Positions 40,070 to 49,102 of a stretch of 64,000 bases of DNA are shown here, one piece after another (within the stretch, counting starts at the first letter, position 1; every line of letters begins with the position of its first letter). A program made the position numbers and the translations under genes. This stretch comes from an uncultured Candidatus Rokubacteria bacterium (lineage in GTDB: Bacteria; Methylomirabilota; Methylomirabilia; Rokubacteriales; CSP1-6), in assembly GCA_963762145.1 (NCBI GenBank), contig CAVXJS010000021.1:512001-576000 (forward strand), read 5' to 3'. Under the pieces are notes generated by a model. The model ran no database searches. It was not told the DNA's origin and saw only the letters and a list, made by a program, of their open reading frames with translations.

Positions 40070-40512
40070 GCCGCCGGCCGCCGCCGGTACATGGTGATCC
40101 CCACCACCGACACCACCACCTCGCCGTGCTGGTTGACCAGCTCGTTGCGGCGCCGGATGAAGCCGATCGGCTTGCTCCGCGAGGGCCAGGTCTCGAGGAC
40201 CTCGGTGCGTCCGGTCAGCACGTCGCCCGGCCGCACCGGCTTGGGCCAGCGGCAGGAGTCGAGGCCGGGCGAGCCGGTGGCGGCCGCCTCTTCCCGGCGG
40301 TTCGCGTCCACCGAGAGGCGCATCAGGAGGGCGCAGGTGTGCCAGCCGCTCGCGATGAGCCCGCCGAAGATGGTCCCCCGCGCCGCCTCCGGGTCGGTGT
40401 GAAACGGCTGCGGATCGTACTTGCGCGCGAAGGCGAGCACCTCGGCCTCCGTGATCGAGCACGAGCCGAGCTCGATGACCTCCCCCACCACGAAGTCTTC
40501 CCAGTACTTCAC
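40066..40512 (-). CDS. MaoC-family dehydratase (paralogue)
   Basis: YWEDF, YDPQPFHTD, FGGLIASGWHT and PVRPGDVL; 4-nt overlaps on both sides. Confidence 0.9.
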   Translation of the reverse strand: MKYWEDFVVGEVIELGSCSITEAEVLAFARKYDPQPFHTDPEAARGTIFGGLIASGWHTCALLMRLSVDANRREEAAATGSPGLDSCRWPKPVRPGDVLTGRTEVLETWPSRSKPIGFIRRRNELVNQHGEVVVSVVGITMYRRRPAA

Positions 40513-41060
40513 CCGACCGTCCTTTCCCGCGCCCCCGCGCGACGCAACCCGAACAGGATAAGGCCGATCGCCAGGGCCGGCGGCCAGATCCATCGCAGCT
40601 CCGAGCCCAGCACGGTCAGTCCCCGCGCCGAGAGAAACCGGGCCACCGAGATCGGCGAGGCCTCGACCACCCGCAGGGCGTCGGGCGCCCAGAAGCGCTC
40701 GCCCGACCAGGGCCAGAGGAATGCCACCCCGAGCCCGCCGTTGGTGAAGGCGTCCAGCACGCCGTGGGAGGCGGTGGCCGCGAACAGGAAGAGAAAGGCC
40801 CGCGCGACGCCGGCGCCGAGGAGGCGGTGGCCGGCGGCGCCGGCGAGCCCTACCAGGGCCGCGAAGAACAGGGAGTGGCTGAAGCCGCGATGGCCCAGGT
40901 CGGCGGAGTACGGGATCCCGAGCTGAAACGTGACGACGTCCAGATCGGGAACTACCGCGGCGACCACGCCGGCCACCAGCAGCCGTCGCGGGATGGTCGC
41001 CCGCCCGAGGCCCAGCCCGAGCGCCAGCGGGACCGCCGCGTGGGAGAAGACGGTCGGCAT
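40509..41060 (-). CDS. Membrane-bound metal-dependent hydrolase (YbcI/YdjM family)
   Basis: SH, PDLD, HRGFSHS and SHGVLDAFTNGGLGV. Confidence 0.88.
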   Translation of the reverse strand: MPTVFSHAAVPLALGLGLGRATIPRRLLVAGVVAAVVPDLDVVTFQLGIPYSADLGHRGFSHSLFFAALVGLAGAAGHRLLGAGVARAFLFLFAATASHGVLDAFTNGGLGVAFLWPWSGERFWAPDALRVVEASPISVARFLSARGLTVLGSELRWIWPPALAIGLILFGLRRAGARERTVG

Positions 41061-41065
41061 CCCGG

Positions 41066-41827
41066 CTAGCGCAGCTCGAACTCGAAGGTACTGACCACCC
41101 GGATGCGCTTCATCGGAGTGCTGGTCGGGCTGAACGGGCCCGACTCGTCGTTGCCGGTCGTCCCGAAGATCTGGATCGAGCCCTGGTTGGCGGAGCGGAT
41201 CACGCCCACCTGCGCCCCCGAGTCGGCCGCGAACTGCTGGGCGGTCGCGCGGGCATTCTTGGTGGCATCGGCCAGGAGCTGGGGCCGCAGGTCGTTGAAC
41301 TTGGAGACCACGTAGCGCGGATTGGCCGCGCCCTCGCGCTCGCCGTCCAGGATGACACCGGCCTTGAGCAGCTCCTCGGTGGCGCCGAGGGCGGTCCCCA
41401 CCAGGTCCACGTTGGCGGTCTTCACCACCACCGAGGTCGTCACCACGTAGCGGAACCGGTCGGCGGCCTGCGGCTGGCCGTACTCCCGGGCGAGCTTGTC
41501 CACCGTGCGGGTGGGCTGCCGCTCGATCTCGGTCTCGGCGAAGCCCTGCTTGCGCAGGAAGGCCACCGCCGCGTCACGGTCCGCGCTGATGCGGGTGTGC
41601 GCGTCCTGCAGGCTCTCGCTGGCCCGGCGCAGGCCGAGCGTCCAGACCGCCTGGTCTGCCTTGACCTCCCGCTCCACCAGTCCTTTCACCGTGACGACAC
41701 GGCTGTCGGACCGGAACCGCATCGCCCCCTTGCCGACGAAGTAGCCGCCGAGCGCCAATCCCACCACGAGGCAGAGCCCCACGATGACCGCGGGCAGCAC
41801 CGCCGACCGATTCTCACTGGATGCCAT
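41066..41827 (-). CDS. SIMPL (DUF541) domain protein
   Basis: N-terminal TM; VTVKGLVEREVKAD, AQQFAADSG, ANQG and KRIRVVST. Confidence 0.88.
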   Translation of the reverse strand: MASSENRSAVLPAVIVGLCLVVGLALGGYFVGKGAMRFRSDSRVVTVKGLVEREVKADQAVWTLGLRRASESLQDAHTRISADRDAAVAFLRKQGFAETEIERQPTRTVDKLAREYGQPQAADRFRYVVTTSVVVKTANVDLVGTALGATEELLKAGVILDGEREGAANPRYVVSKFNDLRPQLLADATKNARATAQQFAADSGAQVGVIRSANQGSIQIFGTTGNDESGPFSPTSTPMKRIRVVSTFEFELR

Positions 41828-41846
41828 GGATTCCTCCCGGGTCGAG

Positions 41847-43019
41847 CTAGCCGCGACGGCTGCCCGCCCGCAATGTCAGTAGGGTCACGACCCCCGCCAC
41901 CAGTCCCCAGAATGCGGAGCCGACGCCCGAGAGGGTCACCCCGGACGCGGTCACCAGGAACGTGACGAGCGCCGGCTCGCGTTGATTCTCGTCGCGGAGC
42001 GCCGCGGCCAGCCCGTTGCCGATGGTGGCGAAGAGGGCCAGCCCCGCGATGGCCGCGACGAGCTCGCGCGGGAAGGCCGCGAAGAGGCCGACCACCGTGG
42101 CTCCGAGCAGGCCCACCGCCACGTAGAAGGCCCCGGCGGCCATGGCCGCCACGTAGCGGCGCCGCGGATCCTCGTGCGCCTCGCGGCCCATGCAGATGGC
42201 GGCCGTGATGGCGGCCAGGTTCAGCGCGAAGGCCCCGAAGGGGGCCAGCGCGAGATTGGCCAGGCCCGTCCAGCCGATGATCGGCGAGACCGGCACCGCG
42301 TAGCCGGACGCGCGGATCACCGCCACGCCCGGCACGTTCTGGGACGCCATGGTGACGACGAAGAGCGGCAGGGCCACCCCGATCAGGGCGCCGACGGTGA
42401 AGCGCGGCGTCACCCAGACCGGCGCCGCCAGCGCCAGCCGCGCCTCGTCCAGCCGCAGCAGGCCCTGGCCGGCGGCCACCGCCACGCCCGCGACCAGGGC
42501 CGCGATCACCGCGTAGCGCGGGGTCAGCCGCCGCGCGACCAGGTAGACCGCGAACATGCCGAAGGCGAGCGCGAAGCGGGTTCGCATGGCCAGGAACACG
42601 TCGAGCCCGAAGCGCAGCAGCACGCCCGCGAGCATGCCGGAGGCGATCGCCACCGGGATGCGGTCCATCGCCCGCTCGAACCAGCCGGAGAAGCCGGCGA
42701 TCGTGATCAGGGCGGCCGATACCAGGAAGGCGCCCGTGGCCTCCTCGATGGTGAGCCCGGCGGCGCTGGTCACGAGCAGGGCCGCCCCGGGAGTGGACCA
42801 GGCCGTGACCACCGGCGCCCGGTAGCGGAGCGAGAGCAGGATGCAGGTCAGCCCCATCCCGAGGCCGAGCGCGAGCATCCACGAGCTCACCTGGGCCGGG
42901 GTCGCGCCGACCGCGCCGGCGGCCTGGAGCACGATCACCGCCGAGCTGGCGAACCCCACCAGCACGGTCACGAAGCCGGCGGTCACCGCCGATACGGACA
43001 GGTCCCGGGCCACAGACAC
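41847..43019 (-). CDS. benE: Benzoate/H+ symporter BenE family
   Basis: AWSTPGAALL, TMASQNVPG, NLAAITAAIC and SAFWGL. Confidence 0.92.
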   Translation of the reverse strand: MSVARDLSVSAVTAGFVTVLVGFASSAVIVLQAAGAVGATPAQVSSWMLALGLGMGLTCILLSLRYRAPVVTAWSTPGAALLVTSAAGLTIEEATGAFLVSAALITIAGFSGWFERAMDRIPVAIASGMLAGVLLRFGLDVFLAMRTRFALAFGMFAVYLVARRLTPRYAVIAALVAGVAVAAGQGLLRLDEARLALAAPVWVTPRFTVGALIGVALPLFVVTMASQNVPGVAVIRASGYAVPVSPIIGWTGLANLALAPFGAFALNLAAITAAICMGREAHEDPRRRYVAAMAAGAFYVAVGLLGATVVGLFAAFPRELVAAIAGLALFATIGNGLAAALRDENQREPALVTFLVTASGVTLSGVGSAFWGLVAGVVTLLTLRAGSRRG

Positions 43020-43025
43020 CCGGCC

Positions 43026-43035
43026 ACTATATACT
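43026..43035. promoter_or_regulatory. Overlapping divergent -10 boxes (TATAGT on -, TATACT on +) for two leaderless genes
   Basis: ACTATATACT lies in a 22-bp gap; each hexamer is 6 nt from a GTG start. Confidence 0.65.
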
Positions 43036-43041
43036 CCCGGC

Positions 43042-43971
43042 GTGCGCGCCTACCTCCTGTCCCGGCTCGGACAGACCGTACTCGTCGTCTTCCTCTCGCT
43101 GACCGCCGTCTTCTTCCTCATGCGCCTCGGCGGGGACCCGGTCTTGTTATTCCTGCCCATGGACATCCAGGCCAAGGACCTCACCGAGTTCCGCGAGCGC
43201 CTGGGCTTCAACGATCCGGTGGCGGTGCAGTACGGCCGCTTCGTCGGGCGCGCGATGCACGGCGACTTCGGCGAGTCGCTGCGCTACAAGCAGGACGCTC
43301 TCGGTCTCGTCCTGGAGCGGCTGCCCGCCACCCTCTACCTGGCGCTCGCCGCGCTCGGGCTCACCTTCCTGATCGCGGTGCCGGTCGGCGTGCTCTCGGC
43401 GGTGCGCCGCGGCTCGCTCTTCGACTTCTTCGGCATGGGCGCCGCGGTGCTGGGCCAGGCCATCCCCGGCTTCTGGCTCGGCCTCATGCTGATCTACCTC
43501 TTCTCGGTCAAGCTCGGCTGGCTGCCCACCGGGGGCACCGGCGGCGTGCGCCACTTCGTGATGCCGTGCGTGGTGCTGGCCTCGTTCTACGCCGCCCGGA
43601 TGGCGCGGCTCACCCGCTCCTCGGTGCTCGACACGCTCAACGAGGAGTTCGTGCTCACCGCGCGGGCCAAGGGCCTCGCGGAGTGGGTCGTCATCGCCAA
43701 GCACGCGCTCAAGAACTCGGCGATCCCGATCGTGACCCTCGCCGGCCTCGACACCGGCCAGCTCCTGGGCGGCGCGGTCATCACCGAGACCATCTTCGCC
43801 TGGCCCGGGCTCGGCCGGCTCACGGTGCAGGCGCTGCTCAATCGCGACTTCCCGGTGGTGCTCGCCGCGGTGTTCATCTTCTCGGTCACCTACACCCTGA
43901 TCAATCTCGTGGTGGATCTGCTCTACGGCTGGCTCGATCCCCGCACCCGGACGCGGGCGGCCCGCGCGTGA
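43042..43971 (+). CDS. Peptide/nickel ABC permease (DppB/OppB-like)
   Basis: GDFGESL, ERLPAT, PGFWLG, TARAKGL, ETIFAWPGLG and LDPR. Confidence 0.9.
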   Translation: MRAYLLSRLGQTVLVVFLSLTAVFFLMRLGGDPVLLFLPMDIQAKDLTEFRERLGFNDPVAVQYGRFVGRAMHGDFGESLRYKQDALGLVLERLPATLYLALAALGLTFLIAVPVGVLSAVRRGSLFDFFGMGAAVLGQAIPGFWLGLMLIYLFSVKLGWLPTGGTGGVRHFVMPCVVLASFYAARMARLTRSSVLDTLNEEFVLTARAKGLAEWVVIAKHALKNSAIPIVTLAGLDTGQLLGGAVITETIFAWPGLGRLTVQALLNRDFPVVLAAVFIFSVTYTLINLVVDLLYGWLDPRTRTRAARA

Positions 43972-44792
43972 AGACCTTCCTCCGGCGGCACGGGCGCGGC
44001 GTCCTCGGGCTCATCATCGCGGGGCTGGTGGTGGTGGCCGCGGTCGCCGCGCCGCTGCTGGTCGGCCAGGATCCGCTGCGGAGCGACTTCGCGGTGGGCC
44101 TCCAGCCGCCCGGCACCCCGGGCCACCCGCTCGGCACCGACCAGCTCGGCCGCGATCTCCTCGCCCGTGTGCTCTACGGCGCGCGGGTGGCGCTCTTCAT
44201 CGGGCTCTGCTGCGTGCTGCTGACCGCGGTGGTGGGCGGGCTCGCCGGCCTCCTCGCCGGCTACTACGAGGGGTGGCTCGGCGCGGTGGTCATGCGGGTG
44301 GCCGACGTGCAGCTCTCGTTTCCGTTCATCCTGCTCGCGCTCACCATCAACGCGATCGTGGGGCTCGGATTGCGCAACATCATCGTGAGTTTGTCAGTCG
44401 CGGGCTGGGTCGTGTATGCTCGCGTCGTCCGTGGGGAGGTCCTGTCGGTGAAGGAGCGCGAGTTCGTGCACGCGGCCCAGGCCCTGGGACTCGGCCGGGC
44501 GCGGCTGCTCTTCCGGCACATCCTGCCCAACGTGGCGCCGTCCATCGTGATCGTGGCCAGTCTCCAGTTCGCCCAGTTCATCGTGGCCGAGGCCGCCATC
44601 TCGTTCCTCGGCTTCGGGGTGCAGCCGCCGACGCCGGCGTGGGGCAGCATGCTCTCGGAGAGCCGCGACTATCTCTACGTGGCCTGGTGGCTCGCCGCGT
44701 TCCCGGGCGCCGCGCTCGCGGTGACCGCGCTCGGCATCAATCTGGTGGGCGACTGGCTGCGCGACGTGCTGGACCCGAAGTTCCGCGTCTGA
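43968..44792 (+). CDS. Peptide/nickel ABC permease (DppC/OppC-like)
   Basis: HPLGTDQLGRD, HILPN, SFLGFG, PTPAWG and GDWLRDVLDP. Confidence 0.9.
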   Translation: MKTFLRRHGRGVLGLIIAGLVVVAAVAAPLLVGQDPLRSDFAVGLQPPGTPGHPLGTDQLGRDLLARVLYGARVALFIGLCCVLLTAVVGGLAGLLAGYYEGWLGAVVMRVADVQLSFPFILLALTINAIVGLGLRNIIVSLSVAGWVVYARVVRGEVLSVKEREFVHAAQALGLGRARLLFRHILPNVAPSIVIVASLQFAQFIVAEAAISFLGFGVQPPTPAWGSMLSESRDYLYVAWWLAAFPGAALAVTALGINLVGDWLRDVLDPKFRV

Positions 44793-44817
44793 ACATCGAA
44801 CCAACGAGGAGGCTTTC

Positions 44818-46344
44818 ATGAGGCGCTTCACGACGCTACTGACCGCGCTCGCCGTGCTGCTCGGCCTCGCGGCGTCCGCCCCCGCCCAGGATCGGGTCCG
44901 GGCCAAGGAGGTCGTGGTGGCCTTCGCGGCCGAGCCGCGCACGCTCCTGCCCAACACGATCGTGGACTGGACCACCAACAACATGGTCGAGCACATGTAC
45001 GACCGCCTGGTGGACCGCGATCCCAAGACCTACAAGCCGTCGCCGATGCTGGCCACCGGCTGGAAGGTGGTCAACGACACCACGTGGGAGTTCACGCTGC
45101 GCCGCAACGTGAAGTTCCACAACGGGGAGGTCTTCGACGCCCAGAGCGTGAAGGCCACCATGGACTACATCAAGGACCCCGCGAACAAGACCCACTACAT
45201 GCCGCGCTGGGCCCTGGTGAAGGAGGTCCAGATCGTCAACGACTACACCGTCCGCTTCGTCACCGAGAAGCCGTGGCCCGGCCTCATCGACCGCATCGCG
45301 GGCAGCGACTTCCTCCCGATGCCGCCCAAGGCCCTCAAGGACCAGGGCGTGCAGGCGCTCGCGACCAAGCCGATCGGCACCGGGGCCTTCCGCTTCGTGC
45401 AGTGGGCCCGCGACGAGAAGCTCGTGGTCGAGCGCAACCCGGACTACTGGCAGACTCCGGCCGAGGCGAACCGGGTGACCTTCCGCTTCATCCCCGAGTT
45501 CAGCGCCCGGCTCGCCGCGCTCCTGGCGGGCGAGATCGACATCATGAAGGACGTGCCGCCCCAGAACGTGGAGATGCTCGAGAAGAGCGGCAAGGCCCGG
45601 CTGCGCGCCACCGTCTCCTCCCGCATCAACTACCTGGCGCTGGTGAACCTCAAGCCGGGGCCGATGCAGGACATCCGGGTGCGCAAGGCGATCCACGCCT
45701 CGGTGAACGTGGACGAGCTGATCCAGCAGGTGCTCAAGGGCCGGGCCACCAAGATGTGCGGCTCGCTCTCCCCGATCAACGTGGACTACTCGCCGAAGCC
45801 CCAGTGCTGGAAGTACGATCCCGCGCAGGCCCAGGCCCTCTTCAAGGAAGCGGGCGTGGACCCGACCAAGCTGCAGCTCACGCTCGACACCCCGTCCGGG
45901 CGCTACCCGCTCGACAAGGACATCTCGCTCGCCATCGCGGCCCAGCTCCAGCGGGTCGGCATCAAGACCAACGTGGTGGTGAACGAGTGGGGCACGCATC
46001 TGGACAAGATCAAGAACCGCACCACCGGGGACATGTTCTTCCTGGGCTGGGGGCCCGCGCTGGACGCGCAGAACACCATCGAGCAGCTCTTCATCGGCAA
46101 GCAGACCTATTCGTCCTACGGCAACAACGAGGCCCTCGAGGCCAAGATCAACCAGGCGGTCACCGTGGTGGATCCCAAGAAGCGGCTCGAGGCGTGGGCC
46201 GAGATCCAGCAGCAGGTGCGGGACGAGGCGCCGTGGGTCTTCCTCTGGCAGCAGCACGACCTCTACGGGGTCGCCAACTGGATCGAGTGGACGCCGCGGG
46301 CGGATGAGCGCATCTGGATGTACGAGGCGAAGCTCGCGCGGTAG
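44818..46344 (+). CDS. Peptide/nickel ABC substrate-binding protein (family 5)
   Basis: RBS GAGGAGG; signal peptide; LRRNVKFHNG, PIGTGAF, RNPDYW and DIRVRKAI. Confidence 0.92.
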   Translation: MRRFTTLLTALAVLLGLAASAPAQDRVRAKEVVVAFAAEPRTLLPNTIVDWTTNNMVEHMYDRLVDRDPKTYKPSPMLATGWKVVNDTTWEFTLRRNVKFHNGEVFDAQSVKATMDYIKDPANKTHYMPRWALVKEVQIVNDYTVRFVTEKPWPGLIDRIAGSDFLPMPPKALKDQGVQALATKPIGTGAFRFVQWARDEKLVVERNPDYWQTPAEANRVTFRFIPEFSARLAALLAGEIDIMKDVPPQNVEMLEKSGKARLRATVSSRINYLALVNLKPGPMQDIRVRKAIHASVNVDELIQQVLKGRATKMCGSLSPINVDYSPKPQCWKYDPAQAQALFKEAGVDPTKLQLTLDTPSGRYPLDKDISLAIAAQLQRVGIKTNVVVNEWGTHLDKIKNRTTGDMFFLGWGPALDAQNTIEQLFIGKQTYSSYGNNEALEAKINQAVTVVDPKKRLEAWAEIQQQVRDEAPWVFLWQQHDLYGVANWIEWTPRADERIWMYEAKLAR

Positions 46345-46467
46345 GGCGCTGAAAAAGGCCCATCTGCTTCGTTGGCGCCCTCGTCCGCACGCTCGACGTA
46401 CAGAGAGTACGCCTCGCGTGCGGCCGTCGGGCGCCGCCTCGCATCTGGACCTTTTTGAGCGCCCTAC
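46341..46467. mobile_element. MITE-like/REP-like palindromic element with terminal inverted repeats
   Basis: GTAGGGCGCTGAAAAAGGCCCA pairs with TGGACCTTTTTGAGCGCCCTAC; internal GGCGCCC/GGGCGCC and CCGCACGC/GCGTGCGG arms; no genuine ORF. Confidence 0.7.
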
Positions 46468-46737
46468 TTACTTCTTGTCCATCTTGTCCTTGTCCATCAT
46501 CTTGCCGTCCTTCTTCATCTTGTCGTCTTTCATCATCTTGTCCTGTTTCATCTTGTCGTCCATCTTCATCTTGTCGTCCTTCATCTTCTCGTCCATCTTC
46601 ATCTTGTCGTCCTTCATCTTCTCGTCCATCTTCATCTTGTCGTCCTTCATCTTGTCGCCGCTCGGGGTCTGCGCGTACCCGACCGCGGGCATCGCCGCCA
46701 CGAGCATCACCGCCGCCACCTGGATCCAGCGCCGCAT
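46468..46737 (-). CDS. Secreted Met/Lys/Asp-rich pentapeptide (MXKDX-type) repeat protein
   Basis: RBS GGAGG; signal peptide GYA-Q; DKMKDDKMKM repeats with a 33-bp DNA unit repeated about 3 times. Confidence 0.85.
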   Translation of the reverse strand: MRRWIQVAAVMLVAAMPAVGYAQTPSGDKMKDDKMKMDEKMKDDKMKMDEKMKDDKMKMDDKMKQDKMMKDDKMKKDGKMMDKDKMDKK

Positions 46738-46824
46738 GAGAAGCCTCCCTCGCCAAGGATGGTGCTGCTGGCTCGAGGGTAGTTCGCGGCGCGGACGGGG
46801 TGTCACACGCCCGTGAACTTCTCG

Positions 46825-46980
46825 TCAATTCGAGCGGAGCGCCGGCGGCGGAGCCTCCGGCAGCTCTTCGTCCTCGGGCATCGGCTCCGGCAACGCCTGT
46901 TCTGCCTCCGCCAGGATCTCCTTGGCGGGGTCGGTCAGGTCCGACAGCTCGCGGATCGCCAGGTCGTACCAGTTGTCCAT
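46825..46980 (-). CDS. Small acidic protein (about 51 aa)
   Basis: RBS GAGGTGA at 46991-46997; MDNWYDLAIRELSDL...; sigma54-like promoter upstream. Confidence 0.5.
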   Translation of the reverse strand: MDNWYDLAIRELSDLTDPAKEILAEAEQALPEPMPEDEELPEAPPPALRSN

Positions 46981-47047
46981 CGGCACGGTGTCACCTCGCT
47001 CGGCGCGCTCGGCCGCGCGCCTTTCGTTTGATGTCTCGAGGGGGAGA

Positions 47048-47063
47048 AGCACGCCCAATGCCA
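47048..47063 (-). promoter_or_regulatory. Candidate sigma54 promoter
   Basis: Minus strand TGGCAT-TGGGC-GTGCT (GG-N10-GC), AT-rich tract upstream. Confidence 0.5.
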
Positions 47064-47225
47064 GGCCATTTCAGCCATATTTTCAGGTACTTGCCGGCCT
47101 GGGCGCCGGCCGGCCCGAGGGCAGAATGCCCACCGCGCGGACAGGTCTCCTGACCCGCCGCGTCACGGGAAAGCCTGCTAGAATTCGGCCGCTGACCCCT
47201 CAACCCCGAGTCCCGGAGGCGCCCC

Positions 47226-48461
47226 ATGGCGATCACGGTCTTCACCAACGCGTTCCTGATCGACTGCACGGGCAAGGACCCCATGGAGGGCGCCGCAGTC
47301 GTGGTGGAGGGCGAGCGCATCAAGGACGTGATCGCCTCCGGCAAGGTCGGGCCGCTCCCCGGCAAGGTGGACACGGTGGATCTCAAGGGCCGCACGCTCA
47401 TGCCGGGCCTCACCGACGCGCACGTGCACGTGTGCGCGGTGGAGGGCAACATCCCCGAGCAGCATCGCCACAACCCCCCGAGCCTCATCGCGGCGAAGGC
47501 CCTCCGTCGCATGGAGCAGTGCCTGATGCAGGGCTTCACCACCGTGCGCGACGCGGGCGGCGCCGACTACGGCTTCCGCGAGGCCGCCGAGTCCGGTCTC
47601 TACCCGGGGCCGCGCATGCTGGTCTCGGGGCGGCCGCTCTCGCAGACCGGCGGGCACGCCGACAAGCGCCGCCGCTCGGAGTGGATCGAGCCGGTGGACT
47701 GCTGCGTGGGCATGGCGGGGATGATCGCCGATGGGGCCGACGAGGTGCGGAAGGCCGCGCGCGAGAACCTCCGCCACGACGTGGACCAGATCAAGATCAT
47801 GGCCTCGGGCGGCGCGATGTCCCCCGGCGACGAGCTCGACACGACGCAGTACACGGTGGACGAGATGCGGGCGGCGGTGGAGGAGGCGCGCGCGGTCGGC
47901 AAGTACGTGCTGGCCCACGCCTACTCCGGCTCCGCGATCCGGAACGCGATCCAGGCCGGCGTGCGCTGCATCGAGCACGGCAACCTGCTGGACGAGGCGG
48001 GCGCGCAGGCCATCAAGAAGGCGGGCGCCTACCTCGTGCCGACCATGGTGACCTACGAAGCCATCTCGCGCGAGGGCAAGAACTACGGCATCGGCGACCA
48101 CCAGATCCAGAAGATCAACCTGGCGCTCGAGAAGAGCCTGGAAGGCCTCACCCACGCCTACCGCGCGGGATGCAAGATCGGCTCGGGCTCGGACCTGCTC
48201 GGCGACATGCAGTCGCAGCGCGCGATGGAGTTCGAGCTGAAGGGCCAGGTGATGAAGCCGATGGAGGTGCTGGTCTCGGCCACCATGGTCAACGCGGAAA
48301 TTTTCAGAATGGCTGACCGAATCGGCTCGGTCGAGCCGGGCAAGTACGCCGACCTGCTCGTGGTGGACGGCGATCCGCTCAAGAACCTGCGCGTCTTCCA
48401 GAACACCGGGCACATCCACGCCATCGTAAAGGGCGGCGTGTTCGTCAAGCGCGCGCTGTAG
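47226..48461 (+). CDS. Amidohydrolase family protein (Xaa-Pro dipeptidase-like)
   Basis: MPGLTDAHVH, GFTTVRDAGG, IKIMASGG, AHAY, IEHG, GSD and GKYADLLVVDGDPL. Confidence 0.92.
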   Translation: MAITVFTNAFLIDCTGKDPMEGAAVVVEGERIKDVIASGKVGPLPGKVDTVDLKGRTLMPGLTDAHVHVCAVEGNIPEQHRHNPPSLIAAKALRRMEQCLMQGFTTVRDAGGADYGFREAAESGLYPGPRMLVSGRPLSQTGGHADKRRRSEWIEPVDCCVGMAGMIADGADEVRKAARENLRHDVDQIKIMASGGAMSPGDELDTTQYTVDEMRAAVEEARAVGKYVLAHAYSGSAIRNAIQAGVRCIEHGNLLDEAGAQAIKKAGAYLVPTMVTYEAISREGKNYGIGDHQIQKINLALEKSLEGLTHAYRAGCKIGSGSDLLGDMQSQRAMEFELKGQVMKPMEVLVSATMVNAEIFRMADRIGSVEPGKYADLLVVDGDPLKNLRVFQNTGHIHAIVKGGVFVKRAL

Positions 48462-48683
48462 CCGCGCGGATCGAGAAGCGGCCATCGACGGCATCCCGGC
48501 GGAACGCCGCCGGGTCTTCATGTCTCCTGTTCCCCATTGGGCACGGCGCGCGCGCTGGTCAAGGACCTTCGCGCCCCCCGACTCTGCCGCCGACCGAGTC
48601 TCGAGTCAATCTGCCGCCCGCCGCTCGTTCTGATACAATCCGCCGCGGCCCCGATCGGGAGGGGCGACCGAAAGGAGCCGCGA

Positions 48684-49061
48684 GTGCGTCAAGTAGTCCG
48701 GACCGGCCTGGCCCCGGAGCCGGCACCGTTCTCCCATGCGGTGGTGGCGAATGGCATGCTCTTCACCGCGCACCTGCCCATCCGGCCCGACGGATCGGCG
48801 GAGACCGGGAGCGCCGCCGCGCAGGCGGAGCTGGCGCTGGGCAACCTGCAGCGCGCCGTCGAGGCCGCGGGCGCCACCATGAACGATGTGGCCCAGGTGA
48901 TCCTCTACATCACCCGCATCGAGGACAAGGCGGCGATCGACGAGGTCTACGCTCGCTACTTCCGGCCGCCGTATCCGTCCCGGGCGTGCGTGGTGGTGGC
49001 GGGCCTGGTCGTTCCCGGCACCCGGCTCGAAGTGCTCGCCTACGCCGCGATGCCGGCCTAG
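48684..49061 (+). CDS. RidA/YjgF family protein
   Basis: RBS AAAGGAG; PFSHAV, YFRPPYPSRACV (conserved Arg) and LEV; TGaTACAAT extended -10 at 48631. Confidence 0.88.
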   Translation: MRQVVRTGLAPEPAPFSHAVVANGMLFTAHLPIRPDGSAETGSAAAQAELALGNLQRAVEAAGATMNDVAQVILYITRIEDKAAIDEVYARYFRPPYPSRACVVVAGLVVPGTRLEVLAYAAMPA

Positions 49062-49102
49062 CGACGATGCGGTCTCATTCACCCCAACGCGGGAGGCTCC
49101 CC

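Noticed and set aside
46304-46816. Plus-strand ORF with ILSSFIFSS repeats resembling a membrane protein
   Set aside because: Antisense of the Met/Lys/Asp repeat gene, which has the RBS and signal peptide
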